Assembly (NCBI GenBank): GCA_051294375.1
Contig: CM119267.1
Coordinates: 23,313,486 to 23,377,485, forward strand
DNA from: Paraspadella gotoi
Taxonomy: Eukaryota > Animalia > Chaetognatha
DNA length: 64,000 nucleotides
Direction of reading: 5' to 3'
The notes beneath the pieces are model-generated. The model worked only from the letters and a program-made list of their open reading frames with translations. It was not told where the DNA came from and did not search any database. Shown piece after piece: positions 26,484 to 38,215 of this stretch. Both the position numbers and the translations under genes were made by a program. Each line of letters starts with the position of its first letter. The stretch's first letter is position 1.

Positions 26484-29400
26484 AACTTTCAACCAAAAAG
26501 GGATTAATCCCTCATCCCCCTCCCCCCTTGTTCTTCGTCCGGGATGTAGGTGGTCCAATTGGCTTCCATGCATCTGTTTTCACGTATGCTCCTTTGTCTT
26601 CGTTGAGCCCTTTGCCTGGTCCACAATCAAAATGACGAATCCAAAGAGCTTCTTCCACTCTTAGATGGTGCTTGAGCATTCTTTGGTTTTTGATTCGTGG
26701 CTGAGAGATGATTTCAGGTTCCCAGATGAAAGGGGCATCGCAATGCTCTCGATGTTGTGTCAAGCCGGAATGACGCCAATTACCCGACTCGGCTGCTCTT
26801 TTGTGTTCTGCCGTTCGAGTTTCAAAACTACGACAGGTTTCTCCAATGTATCGAGCCTTAGGAGAGCAAGAGCAACGAAAGCTATAGATTCCGCGTCCCT
26901 TTTTTGGCGACGGCTTTGTTTTTGTTTGGGGCGCAGAGGATGTTTGCCAGCGTCTGTCCGCTCCTGCTAAAGAGTGATGCTCCTGCCTTTTTAAAAGCTC
27001 TTTGCAGTTGTTGGGTGATACCTGGAAGGTATGGAAGTGTAGCATAAGGGCGGAGTTCGTATTTTGGTCGTTATGGAAAGGCAGTTCAGCAAAAAGGTTT
27101 GCTACAGTAGGTTGTTGTTGTGATCGTTGTAGTACGTCATTGTTGTTGCTGTAGTTGTCTTTGTTTTCGGCTTTTATCTGATGGATGGTATTAATCCCTT
27201 TTTGGTTGAAAGTTTCTCTCTCTCTCTCTCTTTCTCTCTCTCTGAGTCTCCTCCTCTTCCTCTCACCTTCTCTTATTTGTAAATAATTTTTTACCTCACC
27301 ACAATTTCTCTGGCCTTGTATAATGAACCAGCTAAATGGTTTGAATGCATGGTCTAAATAAAATTAGCACTGTTTCCCAAATCGATGTTTTTCTTTATCA
27401 AACTACTCGGTGCATGAGATGACACTTAACAACTCAAGTTTACTAACGAATTCAATAAACTAGACAGTCTTCTGGAAAGAGCGTAGATTTAAAACATGCG
27501 GAATTTCAAGAATCTTCAAGAATTTGAGTCCAACACAACAGTGCAATCTAAAGTCATGGAATGAATTGACTTTGGATAATTTTCGTATTGGTTGTACAAT
27601 TTTTTTTGTCACCTTCAAAAGATAACAATTTTTATAAACTTCCCGTTATAAATCCCCTTTCCCCTTCTGTAATAAGGATGAAACTACCAAAGCGGAACTT
27701 ACCTCAACTGCCACGACGACGGCCCCCACAGCCCCAACAGCCGCCACCGCCGCCACAACCGCCACGGCCACCGCCGCCACCGCCAATGATGAACCTTCCA
27801 TCCACGAAGACTCAAGTTCGCGCAGCAGCGTTACTCTTTCGCAATATTCCGACCGCGCCTCTCGGGACCGGAAGTGGCTGGAGAGAAACCTCATGCCCGA
27901 GTACTGGCGCGGCAAAAAGGCCTCGCCCAACGAAATCATCTTGGAGAACCCTAAGATGACGGGCTGCTTGGCGGCGCATTGGCAGCGCAAGTTGTTGCTG
28001 GACCAGAACGCGGGGGCTTTGGTGCCATCGGATTCGGCGCCGACGTCTTGGTTGACGGAATCGCAGGTATAAAGGTATTAAGGTATGAAGAATCATCTGA
28101 ATATGCTAGTTAAATTTAAAATAGATTTGTGGACCATTCAATTTCTTTCAGAGAGTCAATAGTTCATTGGTTTTGAATTTATATATGGGGAAGATTTTTT
28201 TTCTCTCTCGCTATCCGTTTTCACTCTCGATTGTTGATTGTAAATTGTTGATTGTTGACATAATTTTTAGTTTAAAAGTTTTGGAATGATTTCAGTATAA
28301 GAAATTCTACCTTTTCATTTCCCAGGCCCTCCGCGAATGCCTTTGGCTTCTCCGCGGCACGAATCTCCGCTCCCCCATTTTTATCGTAAAACACGACTCC
28401 TCGTCCTCCCTCCCTCTCGCCATCCATCCTAACCCCAAATTCTGTCTCTCCAGTCTAACGCCGGCCGAATGGGCCAAAGTCGTGGCCGAGTTCTCTCGGT
28501 ACGCCAAAGTGCGCTCTCGCATCGACGATTTTATCCAGGCAAGTTTGGACGGGGAATTCCATTTTTTTGATTCGTAGTTTATTATTGACTTATTTATTCG
28601 TTTAACTTGCAGCGAGTATTCCGCGCCGACCGTCCCCTTGACGCCGACCGACCCCTTCCTAGAACTTACCAAGCCTTCGCCGGCGGACTCAATCAACTCA
28701 CCAAAGAAGACCTCAGCTTCGACGTAGAATCCCTGGAGAAAGAACTCATCGCCTGCAAGCGAACGACGGCGGCCACGCTGTCCAGCGTCTTCGAGACTCT
28801 CGCGCCTCGTCTACGACTCCTCGACGCAATCGCCGACGTCCTCGAGCACAGCGTCGAAACGGACGACGCCGCCTCCGACAACGCGCTCCGAGCCACGCGT
28901 CTTCTCTCCGTCGTTCATCGCGTCGTCGAACACTTGGACGCCTCCGCCTCAGGCGCCGAAGGGCCCGACTCCGTCCTCTCTTCTTTGATCTGGCTTTGGG
29001 CCCAGACCCTGCAACCGATCGTCGAGATTGTCGACGACTGGATCCGCACCGGCCGCCTTGACGACACGAAGGGTGAATTCTTTATTTGGCGCAACCCCGA
29101 CGTTCGTCTCGACGAAGAAGGCTTTTGGGCAAGGGGCTACGGATTCGCCGTGCCCGCCGCCGCCGCCGGAGTTGACGGAGAGGTCGAGAACGTCGCCGAC
29201 GAGGCGCTTCGCTGTCACTTCTTCGCTCCCTCCATCGTCAAGAACGTTGTGATGGCGGGGAAGTCGATGGAGATCCTGCGCAGCCTTTCCAAGACGGAAG
29301 CCGACGATTCGCGATTCCAACGACGACACTTCGCTTCGTCTCTCTATTCCGATTTCGTCGACGCCCTCTTCCATTCTCATTCGCCAAAGAAACTCAGATT

Positions 29401-31002
29401 CGCCGCCAATCTCACTTCCGACGGACCGAACGGCGCCGGTTTAGCCGAGGTACATAGTTAATTGAAGATTATATTCATAGGAATTAAAATAGATTCAAAA
29501 TTAAATTTGTGTTTACAATGGTAATTTTCGATTTTCGATTAAATCTAATTTTGATTTCTAAATAAATGAAACTAATTTAATTATTTCATTCAGTAATTTT
29601 TTACAACGTTTCCTACTCATTTCAGAGCGACATCTTCTCCGCCCTCGACGCTAACGTCCGCGACGAGCTTCGAACCACTTATCCGGATCCTCTCCTCGTC
29701 TTCAATTTTACTCAGACTTTCTCCTTCGATCTCGTGGGCGACATCGAGGCGATGAACGAAAACGCCGAGGGATTTCATCGCTCCACTCTCGAGAGGAAAA
29801 AGCGAGAGGTCCGTTGCGCCTGTCTCAAACGGGACGATCTCTCATTTCCTTCCTTCGGCCGCCTGCTCGACGCCTGCTTGTTTCCCTTGGTCCGGAAACG
29901 TTCGGTGTTGGTGTGTCAAGCGCTGGTAGACAGCCTACTGAAGAAGTCGGCCTTGCTGGAGGAATTGTCGGCGCTGCGAAAGGTCTACTTGCTGGAGGCC
30001 GGAGATGCGATGCACACGTTTTGCCTCGAGGTGTTCGATCGACTCAACGCCGGCGACGAATCTGTTCGTCAAGAGGGATTTTTAAACTCGGCCTTTGACG
30101 ACGCGTTGTCGAGACATCACGAGGCCGTTGCCGATCGCGTCACCGTCGTCGTCGGCGCCGTCGCCGAAGACTCGGCCGGAGATTCTTCCTCTCCCATCCA
30201 CGCCCTCGACGGATTGAAGATCGAGATGGACGTCCCTTGGCCCGTCTTTCCCCTCATCGTGACTCCGTCTCATTTGGAGGTCTACGATAGCATTTTCGTG
30301 AGTCTGCTTCAGATCAAGCGGGCCAAGCATTGTCTCGACTCGTTAAAATTCGAAGATCTCCGCATCGACCCCGTGGAGATCCTCAACGCTATCAATGGCG
30401 GCGCCGGGGCGGCGCTCCTTCCCCGCGACTCCCACGGCGACTTCGCTCCGGTCCACGTCGCAGTCGCGCACCTTCGCCACCGCGTGATCCTCTTCCGACA
30501 CCGCCTGGCACACTTTGTCAATTCGCTACACAACTACGTCATGCAGCGGATCCTCCACGTTATCCGCGTCGACTTTCAAAAGAAGCTCGAAGCCGCGGGA
30601 GAGATCGAGAACGTGGACGAGCTGCGGCAAATGCACGGCGAGTTCGTACAGCAAGTGTGGGAACGATGCCCGCTCAATCCCAGTTTCCGCAATTTTCGCC
30701 AGCTTATCCTCAAGATGCTCAACATCGCCGTTGTGTTGCATCAGCGCTGGCGGTCGTCGCCGTCGTCGGGCGCCTCTGTTTCTCTATTATCTCCGACTCG
30801 CCGGCTTCCGGAAAAGCCGCTCGACCTCTCGCCGGATTTACCGATAGCTCCCTCGGTCGTGATTACCCCTAAGAACTTCGAGGATATGGACTACCAAATG
30901 AGGCAGTTGATCGTCTTCATTCAAACTTTTCTCGAGAAGGTGGTCAAGAGGGGAAGCTTCCCGCATTTAGAGGCTTTTGCTCGGGAGATTTTACCGCGGT
31001 GA
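23267..31002 (+). CDS. TUBGCP5: Gamma-tubulin complex component 5 (about 6 exons; intron 2 = 23905-27676)
   Basis: DQNFSICMDFAQSHVRRHTFL, HFAVLSFLLELS..P, FDWPAFLREGEE, LRECLWLLRG, LDDTKGEFFI, YLLEAGDAM, HFVNSLHNYVMQRILH and the C-terminal VKRGSFPHLEA match GCP5. Confidence 0.93.
23977..27426 (-). mobile_element. 5'-truncated Penelope-like retroelement with inverted terminal repeats
   Basis: GIY-YIG ORF at 26512-27045(-): GIYSFRCSC..YIGETCRSFETRTAEH..SGLTQH..EALWI..LNEDKG. Arms 23971-24030+26352-26508 and 27190-27404 are reverse complements. A 16-bp direct repeat taacaactcaagttta lies at 23961 and 27427. Confidence 0.85.
24031..26343. mobile_element. hAT-type DNA transposon (non-autonomous or decayed), nested in the left arm of the Penelope element
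   Basis: TIRs tagacacattttttttccgctgaaaat...attttcagcggaaaaaaatgtgtcta, with imperfect inverted similarity extending about 170 bp. Perfect 8-bp TSD ccatgcat at 24023-24030 and 26344-26351. Confidence 0.85.
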
Positions 31003-31501
31003 CGTTAGTCTTTATCTCTCATTTCTAACCTGTGATCTCTCCTAGTCAATACTGTCGTGTCTCAGTTTTGTTAAGCTACTACTTTAATTAATACAAATTT
31101 CCAGTGAACTAGTTGTATTATTATCACTATTATGATTAATAATGGTTAACACGGTCTGTTTTTTTCGTTATTTTGAAACTTTTCACTCTTACAAATTATT
31201 CGTTGTTTGTTGTTCCAACCTCATAAAAATAGTTCGTGTTATCTTTTATTATTTATTTTAAAGTGGATTTTCGAGCGTATCTTTTTCTCGAAAATGCAGT
31301 CCCCACATCACTTTACCATTTATAGAATTAATGCCGTTAACTTGGTTGTATTCCCATAGTTAAATCAGGTTATTTAAAAAAATGTTGTGCCTTGAAACGA
31401 GGAGAGCCGATTAGTAGGATAAAGGAAAAAAAATAATTTCAAAACAAACACCACCTACAAACAAAACTCAAAGAATAAGAATAACAAAAAAAGGGACGAC
31501 A

Positions 31502-32246
31502 ATGTCCTCGGAACAGTTCGAAAACAACGAGGACGATTTAAAGAGCCTCGTTGATGGACTTCGATCTCGCATCGAGAATCGCCTCCCGCGTCTGACTGGC
31601 GAGGAGCGGAAGTCGGCCGTGCGGGAGAGCGAACGAGAGATCGACGATGCCGAGGCTCTGGTCAAAGAGATGAGGGAGGAGGCGAGCGTCGCCCCGCCGC
31701 AGTATCGCTCGCAAATGATGACTAAAGTGAGTGGAAATATTTGAAATAGATTTCGATAAGAAATTTTATTTTAAAAGTTACGGGCAAATTTACGTACGGT
31801 TTTTTCGTACTTTTCGGTTTAAGGTTCGACAAAGGGAGCAAGACATCGTCTCTATCAAACGCAGTCTCGAAAAACATTCCCTGACGGCTCGCGACGCGCC
31901 GTTCCGCGGAGGCGCGCGATCGCTGGAGGAGCAACACCGAGCACAATTAGTGCAGGGAACCGCGTCTCTGAGCCGCGGGAGCGATAGCCTCGCGCGCACC
32001 CATCAACTCGCCGCGGAAACCGACCAGATCGGCACCGACATTCTCGAGGATCTGGGCACGCAGCGAGAACAGCTCGTCCGCGTGCAGACGCGCGTGCACG
32101 AGACTGACGCGACGTTGCGGAGCAGCGCCAAAACTATCCGAACCATGGGTCGCAGGGTCATGACCAACAAACTCATTCTGGTCGTTATAATCGTCTTAGA
32201 AATCGCCATTTTGTGCGGATTGGTATATTGGAAATTTTTCACCTGA
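31502..32246 (+). CDS. VTI1B: Qb-SNARE VTI1B (exons 31502-31727, 31824-32246)
   Basis: Habc start MSSEQFENNEDDL, APPQYRSQMMTK, SNARE motif ETDQIGTDILEDLGTQREQL, and RRVMTNKLIL followed by a C-terminal TM ending YWKFF. Confidence 0.92.
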
Positions 32247-32529
32247 ATTTGTTTTATATCAATTAGTTGTAAATGTTTTTGTTTGAATCGGTGAACGTCG
32301 TTGTTACTTGATACGTCGAAAAAAGATTTCAATTATCTCGTTTTTACTCTTATTTCTGTCACGAATAAGCTGCCGCACGCTTGTTCAATGTTCTACAAAT
32401 TTTTATTTCATCTCGCGATAAACATTTGCCCTCTTTGCCGGTTAATCAATGATTATTGATGATCACCTTCGCTCCCCACGCCTTTCTAGTCACTTTAACT
32501 CAGGAACGCCGCCGTCGCGTCGCCGCGAA

Positions 32530-33930
32530 ATGGCATCGTCGAGTTCGACTGTCACGGGTGACGCCGCCTCCGACGTCGCTGATAACGCCTACTTTGCCGA
32601 ATACTCGGATCTCTCCGTCCAAGAGTTAATGCTCAAAGACTCAGTCCGCGTCACCGCTTACCGGGATGCCGTGAGAGATAATAGCCATCTTTTTGAAGGG
32701 AAGGTGTGTCTCAAGTTTCTGTTCACTTGCTCTTTCGTTATATTTCGTTTATCTTTAGCTTATGTTATTCTTTCTTTATGTATTTTTTTCTCATCACTTT
32801 TAATATCCTTCAATTCTTCCCACCCACTCAGACGGTTATGGATGTTGGCGCCGGAGTCGGCGTCTTGTCTCTCTTCTGCGCGCGCGCCGGCGCTAAACGC
32901 GTTTACGCCGTCGAAGGTAGCGGGGCGGCGATGGTGGCGGAGCGGGTGGTGGCCAAGAACGGGATGAAGGAGGTTGTGAAGGTGGTTCATCGAAGGGTGG
33001 AAGACATCAACGACATGGACGATGTTGAGGTCGACGTCATCATCTCCGAATGGATGGGTGCGTCGATGGGAGGAGGGCATCGGGTAAATGGAAAATTGGG
33101 CGAACCAATCAATTTACCAATCAATTCTAGGCTTTTATCTCCTTCACGAATCCATGCTCGACACTGTGATCTTCGCCCGCGATAAATGGCTCAAACCCGA
33201 AGGTCTCCTCTTCCCTTCCTTCGCCTACCTTCTCCTCGCCCCCGTCGACATGTCGGTCAACCTCGCCGAGACGGCGGCCGCTTGGACCGACTTTCACGGG
33301 TTCGACCTTAGCCCGGTCGGCGCCGCCTTAGACGCTCGCCGCGCCGCCAAGCCCGCCGTCCTCGACGTGTCCGAGTCCCAACTTCTCGCCGACCCGCGGA
33401 CCCTGGCCTCTTTCGACCTGAAGACCGTCTCGTCGGACGAAGCGGCCGCCGTCTTCCAGGCGTTGACCTTCGACGTAGACTTGGGCGAATCGTCAAAGCC
33501 TTCGAAATCCTCTTCCTCTTCTACGCGCCCCTTTCACGGCTTCGCCTGTTGGTTCGACGTCGTTTTCGCCGGCGACCCTTCCGCCCGTCCCATCACTCTC
33601 ACGACCCGCCCCGGCGCCCCGTCGACCCATTGGAAGCAAACCGTCTTTTTCCTACCTCGGGCATCCGAGGTCCGCCACGACGACGTCGTCTCATGCTACG
33701 CCACGTTGACGCGGGACTTGGACAATCCGCGCCGTTACGACGTCTGCATCGATTTGCGTCGGGACGGGGTGGAGGACGAGGAGGAGGGAGATATAGACAT
33801 GGAGGGAAAGGATCATCCGCTGCCGTGCGACTGCGGAGCCGCGAGGTGCGCCCTTATAAAGGCGGTGCTGGAAAAATACGCCAGGGAGGAGACAGAACGA
33901 TTGGAGGCAGAAGCGGAGTTGCACGAATAA
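32530..33930 (+). CDS. Type I protein arginine methyltransferase, PRMT6/Drosophila Art8-like (3 exons)
   Basis: YFAEYSDLSVQELMLKD, VMDVGAGVGVLS, double-E loop ISEWMGFYLLHESML, THW loop THWKQT and a C-terminal HPLPCDC..C Cys cluster. Confidence 0.9.
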
Positions 33931-34109
33931 AAAAAACAAAAAACTTGAACTATGAAACTTGGATTATTTCGTTTTGTTCTGAAACATTTGGAAAAATCTT
34001 TTTTTTTTCCGCTACGCCGATTGGAAATTTAATCATTGAATTAAGAAGTCTGTTGTTCACCTTTACTCGAGGCTCACGATTCATTGTTTATTTTTTTAGT
34101 CGAGTTAAA

Positions 34110-37100
34110 ATGGCCTCGGTCACGAATGATCTATCAGAGATTGAAGAATTTCGTGACCAATCTCTGATTAGCAGCGTTGACAGGCGTTCCACGTTGGGCG
34201 TTCTTGACGAAACACTAGACAATCCCTCGAAATCACTTATGGAAGCGCCCGAGGACTTTTATCTGGAAGATTGGTCGGGCGTCATCTGCGACTTGATATT
34301 CTTTGGAGAGCTTAAGGAGACGGAGCGTTATCGGGCAGTCTCTAAAAAGTTTGAGGCGAGATATGGGACAACCAATGATAACTGGTGTCCTGTTCGTAAA
34401 CGTCTTATATCCTTGGATCGGTGGGAGGCGGAAAAGGCAGCTGATGCTAGTACAAGCTCTGATAAGGAAAACGCGATTTCCGACATGGAAGAGGCCAGTA
34501 ATAAAACTTTGGACAGTACACACATGTCAGAGGCCAGAACCAATAACATGGCAAAAGTCATTATTAACACTGATGTTGCTGAGGCCAGTGTAAGCACTGT
34601 GGCTGTGGACAGTATGTTCATCGACACGGCAGATGTCAGAAAGAACACTGAAATGGCCGAGTCCATTACAAACACCAGAATGGCAGAGGCCAGAGTAAAT
34701 AATGAAAAGGCAGAGGCCAGAGAAAACACTGAAATAACAGAAGCCAGAAAAAAGGCTGAAATGGCAGAGGCCAGAGAAAAGGCTGAAAAGGAAGAGGCCA
34801 GAGAAAGGCTGAAAAGGAAGAGGCCAGAGAAAAGGCTGAAAAGGAAGAGGCCAGAGAAAAGGCTGAAAAGGAAGAGGCCAGAGAAAAGGCTGAAAAGGAA
34901 GAGGCCAGAGAAAAGGCTGAAAAGGAAGAGGCCAGAGAAAAGGCTGAAAAGGAAGAGGCCAGAGAAAAGGCTGAAAGGAAGAGGCCAGAGAAAAGGCTGA
35001 AAGGAGAGGCCAGAGAAAAGGCTGAAAGGAGAGGCCAGAGAAAAGGCTGAAAAGGAAGAGGCAGAGAAAAGGCTGAAAGGAAGAGGCCAGAGAAAAGGCT
35101 GAAAAGGAAGAGGTCAGAGAAAAGGCTGAAAAGGAAGAGGCCAGAGAAAAGGCTGAAAATGCAAAACCAAAAAAAGGCTGAAATGGCAGAGGCCAGAGAA
35201 AAGTCTGAAATGGCAGAGGCCAGAGAAAGTCTGAAATGGCAGAGGCCAGAGAAAAGTCTGAAATGGAAGAGGCCAGAGAAAAGTCTGAAAAGGAAGAGGC
35301 CAGAGAAAAGTCTGAAAAGGAAGAGGCCAGAGAAAAGGCTGAAAAGGAAGAGGCCAGAGAAAGGCTGAAAAGGAAGAGGCCAGAGAAAAGGCTGAAAAGG
35401 AAGAGGCCAGAAAAAAGGCTGAAAAGGAAGAGGCAGAGAACAGGCTGAAAAGGAAGAGGCCAGAGAAAAGGCTGAAAAGGAAGAGGCCAGTACAAACACT
35501 AACAAGGCAGAGGCTTGTACAAATTTTAAGGTGGCAGAGGCCAGCATAAACCTTAAGGCGGTAGATGCCAGTACAAGCAATGACGTGCCTAACAATACTG
35601 ACATCGCTAGAAACAACATTGATTTTCCTAAAGCTCGTACTATCATTCCCATAGTAGAAGATAGCATAAATAAATCTCTCGCAGAATACAGTACAAATGC
35701 TTTCTTGCCAGAAAATATGTCTTCTGTCATCCGAGAAGCTAATATTAAAGGAATAAAGGAAGGCTATGCAACTATTGTCATGCCAGAAACTCATTCACAA
35801 ATTAGAGAAGCCAAACTTAATTCTCCCAAATTACATGTGTCTGGGTCTCCAGAGGAGCGTTCGCTTTTTTCAAGGAGGTCGAGCGTTGGCGTAGAATCAA
35901 TCGAGAGCGCTATTAGGTGTCAGGAAGAAAAAAAACAGCTTTTACAGTCTCTTAAAAGTGTGAAGCAAACTGTTAACAATATGGCCTTGAAGCATGGGTT
36001 ATACGACAAGCACATCGCAGAAAAATTGAGTCCTTTACCTGAGCATTTGAAGAGAACTAGTTTTGACGAAGAAAGCATTAAAAGCCAAATTAAAAAATAT
36101 GAGGAGAAAGCTGAACGTTTGAAATACTTGGACAAGCTCAAGGAAAAGGTCAAAGAAGAAGGCATGAATATTTTTCAAGAACATTGTCAACCCCACAAAG
36201 GTAACCAGCTTGAGAACTCTGATGTCGTCTTGTCTCAGGATCCCCTTATGCCGTTTAGAACTTTTGCAAACAGCAGACGTCCCTCCATGGATTCTCTGAT
36301 TGAAGAGTCCGAGGATCCTCTCGACAATCCTATCGAAAATAAAGACCCCTTCACCACAGAGAAGCAGAACGAGCCCAGTTGTCAGTCTGGATGCGAACGC
36401 TCCGACCCGTCCGACCTGACCCGACCTGTTTGTGTCGATAGCCCACGTCGCCGACGTGGCACTTTAGATTCGCCGACCACCACCAAAGTTCCGATTGTCT
36501 ATAAAAAGCCTACTCCACTAAAAAGTCCCTCTATTTTGAGGGCGGTCAATTCTAATACCTGTACTGATGTCTCGTTCGACGCAGCCGCGACCTACGAGAC
36601 CTCATCCCGTAAAGTGGGATTTAAAAATGATCTTGAGACTTCGCCAGTCAATTCGAGTCCTTCTCATTTGTCGGTCGTCACCCCGAGTCGATCCGCGCTG
36701 AAAAAATCCGCCAAGCGAATTCCGGTTTCGTCGCCTTCCGGCAGGCTCGGCGCTTCTCATGCGTCGGTCTCATCCGACTCCGGGTCGCCGCTGCTTCATC
36801 GAGCGCCCTCTCCGCCCGGTTCTCCCACTCCCGCGGTACGGCGTCACGGAACCCTCGTTCGCCAGCTTTTTTCCGACGATACCCCGGTGATCGGGGCGAA
36901 GGCTCAAACGCCTCAATCCAAAACGGCCTTGTCTAACCAATCCTCGTACGGGGGCAGTCGTATTCCCGTCCCCTCTTTCAAGCCTAAGCCGACCGAGGCT
37001 CGCGAGCCTGTCGCGTCTTCAGTCTTGACGTTTCGTCGTCATCTCACGCCAGGGACAACGCCCGCATTAGGATCGACCGGCACCAAGAGACCCGCCACTC

Positions 37101-37237
37101 CGAGAAGAGTGCCTTCTCCAAACTTATCTGTTCCTAGAATTCAATTTTCGCGCTTCAATGGAGTCGTGGGTTCTCGAGCAGCGGTGAATCCAAGCCCCGT
37201 CATCTCGACGACATCTCGCACTCCTTTTCGTCGCTAA
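34110..37237 (+). CDS. Orphan intronless protein: small N-terminal domain, EKAEKEEAR repeats, coiled coil and Ser/Pro/basic tail; frameshifted within the repeat
   Basis: ATG at 34110 follows ttttttttag. The ORFs ending 35000 and starting 35531 are joined by a 27-bp tandem array with single-base deletions. No family recognised. Confidence 0.65.
34750..35490 (+). repeat. 27-bp coding tandem repeat (gaaaaggaagaggccagagaaaaggct; EKEEAREKA)
   Basis: Directly visible array, with degenerate EMAEAR-type units at both flanks. Confidence 0.95.
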
Positions 37238-37352
37238 GTCTAAATTACTTGATAGAGTTCATTTATTTACCAACTGATCGTCGGACATTCGCCGCTGTTT
37301 AAATTATCATTCCGATTTTCAACCTCATTTGTTATCATGTTATGTTGTAATT

Positions 37353-37486
37353 ATGAAATTGGTACAACCAATATATAAATTATCCATTCATTTAATAAAT
37401 AAGCTATCTTGCCCCTGACTTTGGACAGGCTTTGGTGGTTTAAGGCCTCCATCTCTCTAATAAGATAATGACATAGCAGGTCCCTG
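37353..37486. repeat. Dispersed repeat (copy 2), inverted relative to 14264-14388
   Basis: Near-identical reverse complement of 14264-14388. Confidence 0.85.
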
Positions 37487-37799
37487 CTATGATACCTGCC
37501 CAACACCCCTTTTTTATTGTTCTGTGATATTGTTGTCAATTCTGACGGATACCGCAATACTATGTGAAATCACAATTTTGCTTTTACATTTATGCCCCTC
37601 TACCTCGCATTATATTGAAAAAACTATTTTTTAATTGTTCTGTGATACTGATCTATTTTGATGGATACCACACTCACGGTTTTGATTTTAATTTTATGCC
37701 TCTCTACCTCGTATTACTATGTTTTAAAAGGTAAAATTTACTTTTTTATTTTATATTTTACTTAGCTTATTTTTTGAAACGCGTTAAAAATCAAACAAA

Positions 37800-38215
37800 A
37801 TGTCCGCTCACGGATTGGACAAAATTCCAGACTCTTTGGGTTTCATGGTTTTGAATGAAGACGGCGGCATTCTCTCCTCAGGAGGTGATCTTGACGGGCA
37901 GGACAGAATTGCGGGTAAGCTCGTTGTCTTTATATATAATCAATTAATAAGTTAAACAAAACTCGCCTTAACTTTCTCCCCCGCTTTTTTTTTTCTCTAG
38001 GCATCATGACTTCCATGCTCCGGTGTCTCTCCCGCCTTCGCAAAGATGACGGTTCGCCCCAATCCTTCCAAAGAGTCACGCTCGTCCTCGACGCCTTCTT
38101 CTACGGAGTCACCGTCAGCAACCAAAAGATCTTCGTCGTCAAACGATCGAAGAAGCCGGCCGTTCCGGCCAAGCGCGATGACTTCGAGGACGACGACGAA
38201 TTCCGGCGAAATTAA
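37800..38215 (+). CDS. LAMTOR4: Ragulator subunit LAMTOR4 (exons 37800-37914, 38001-38215)
   Basis: MSAHGLDKIPDSLGFMVLNEDGGILSSGGDL...FQRVTLV...VTVSNQKIFVVKR matches LAMTOR4; the phase-1 intron is consistent. Confidence 0.93.

Noticed and set aside
26480-27215. Hammerhead ribozyme in the Penelope repeat (gatgag...gaaa; ctgatg...gaaa)
   Set aside because: There is no intact CUGANGA core with proper stems, and the ctgatg at 27178 lies outside the repeat arm.
33549-34109. 5' extension of ORF 33549-35000 overlapping the PRMT
   Set aside because: It starts at a non-ATG codon in an alternative frame of the PRMT exon and crosses an AT-rich spacer. The plausible start is ATG 34110.
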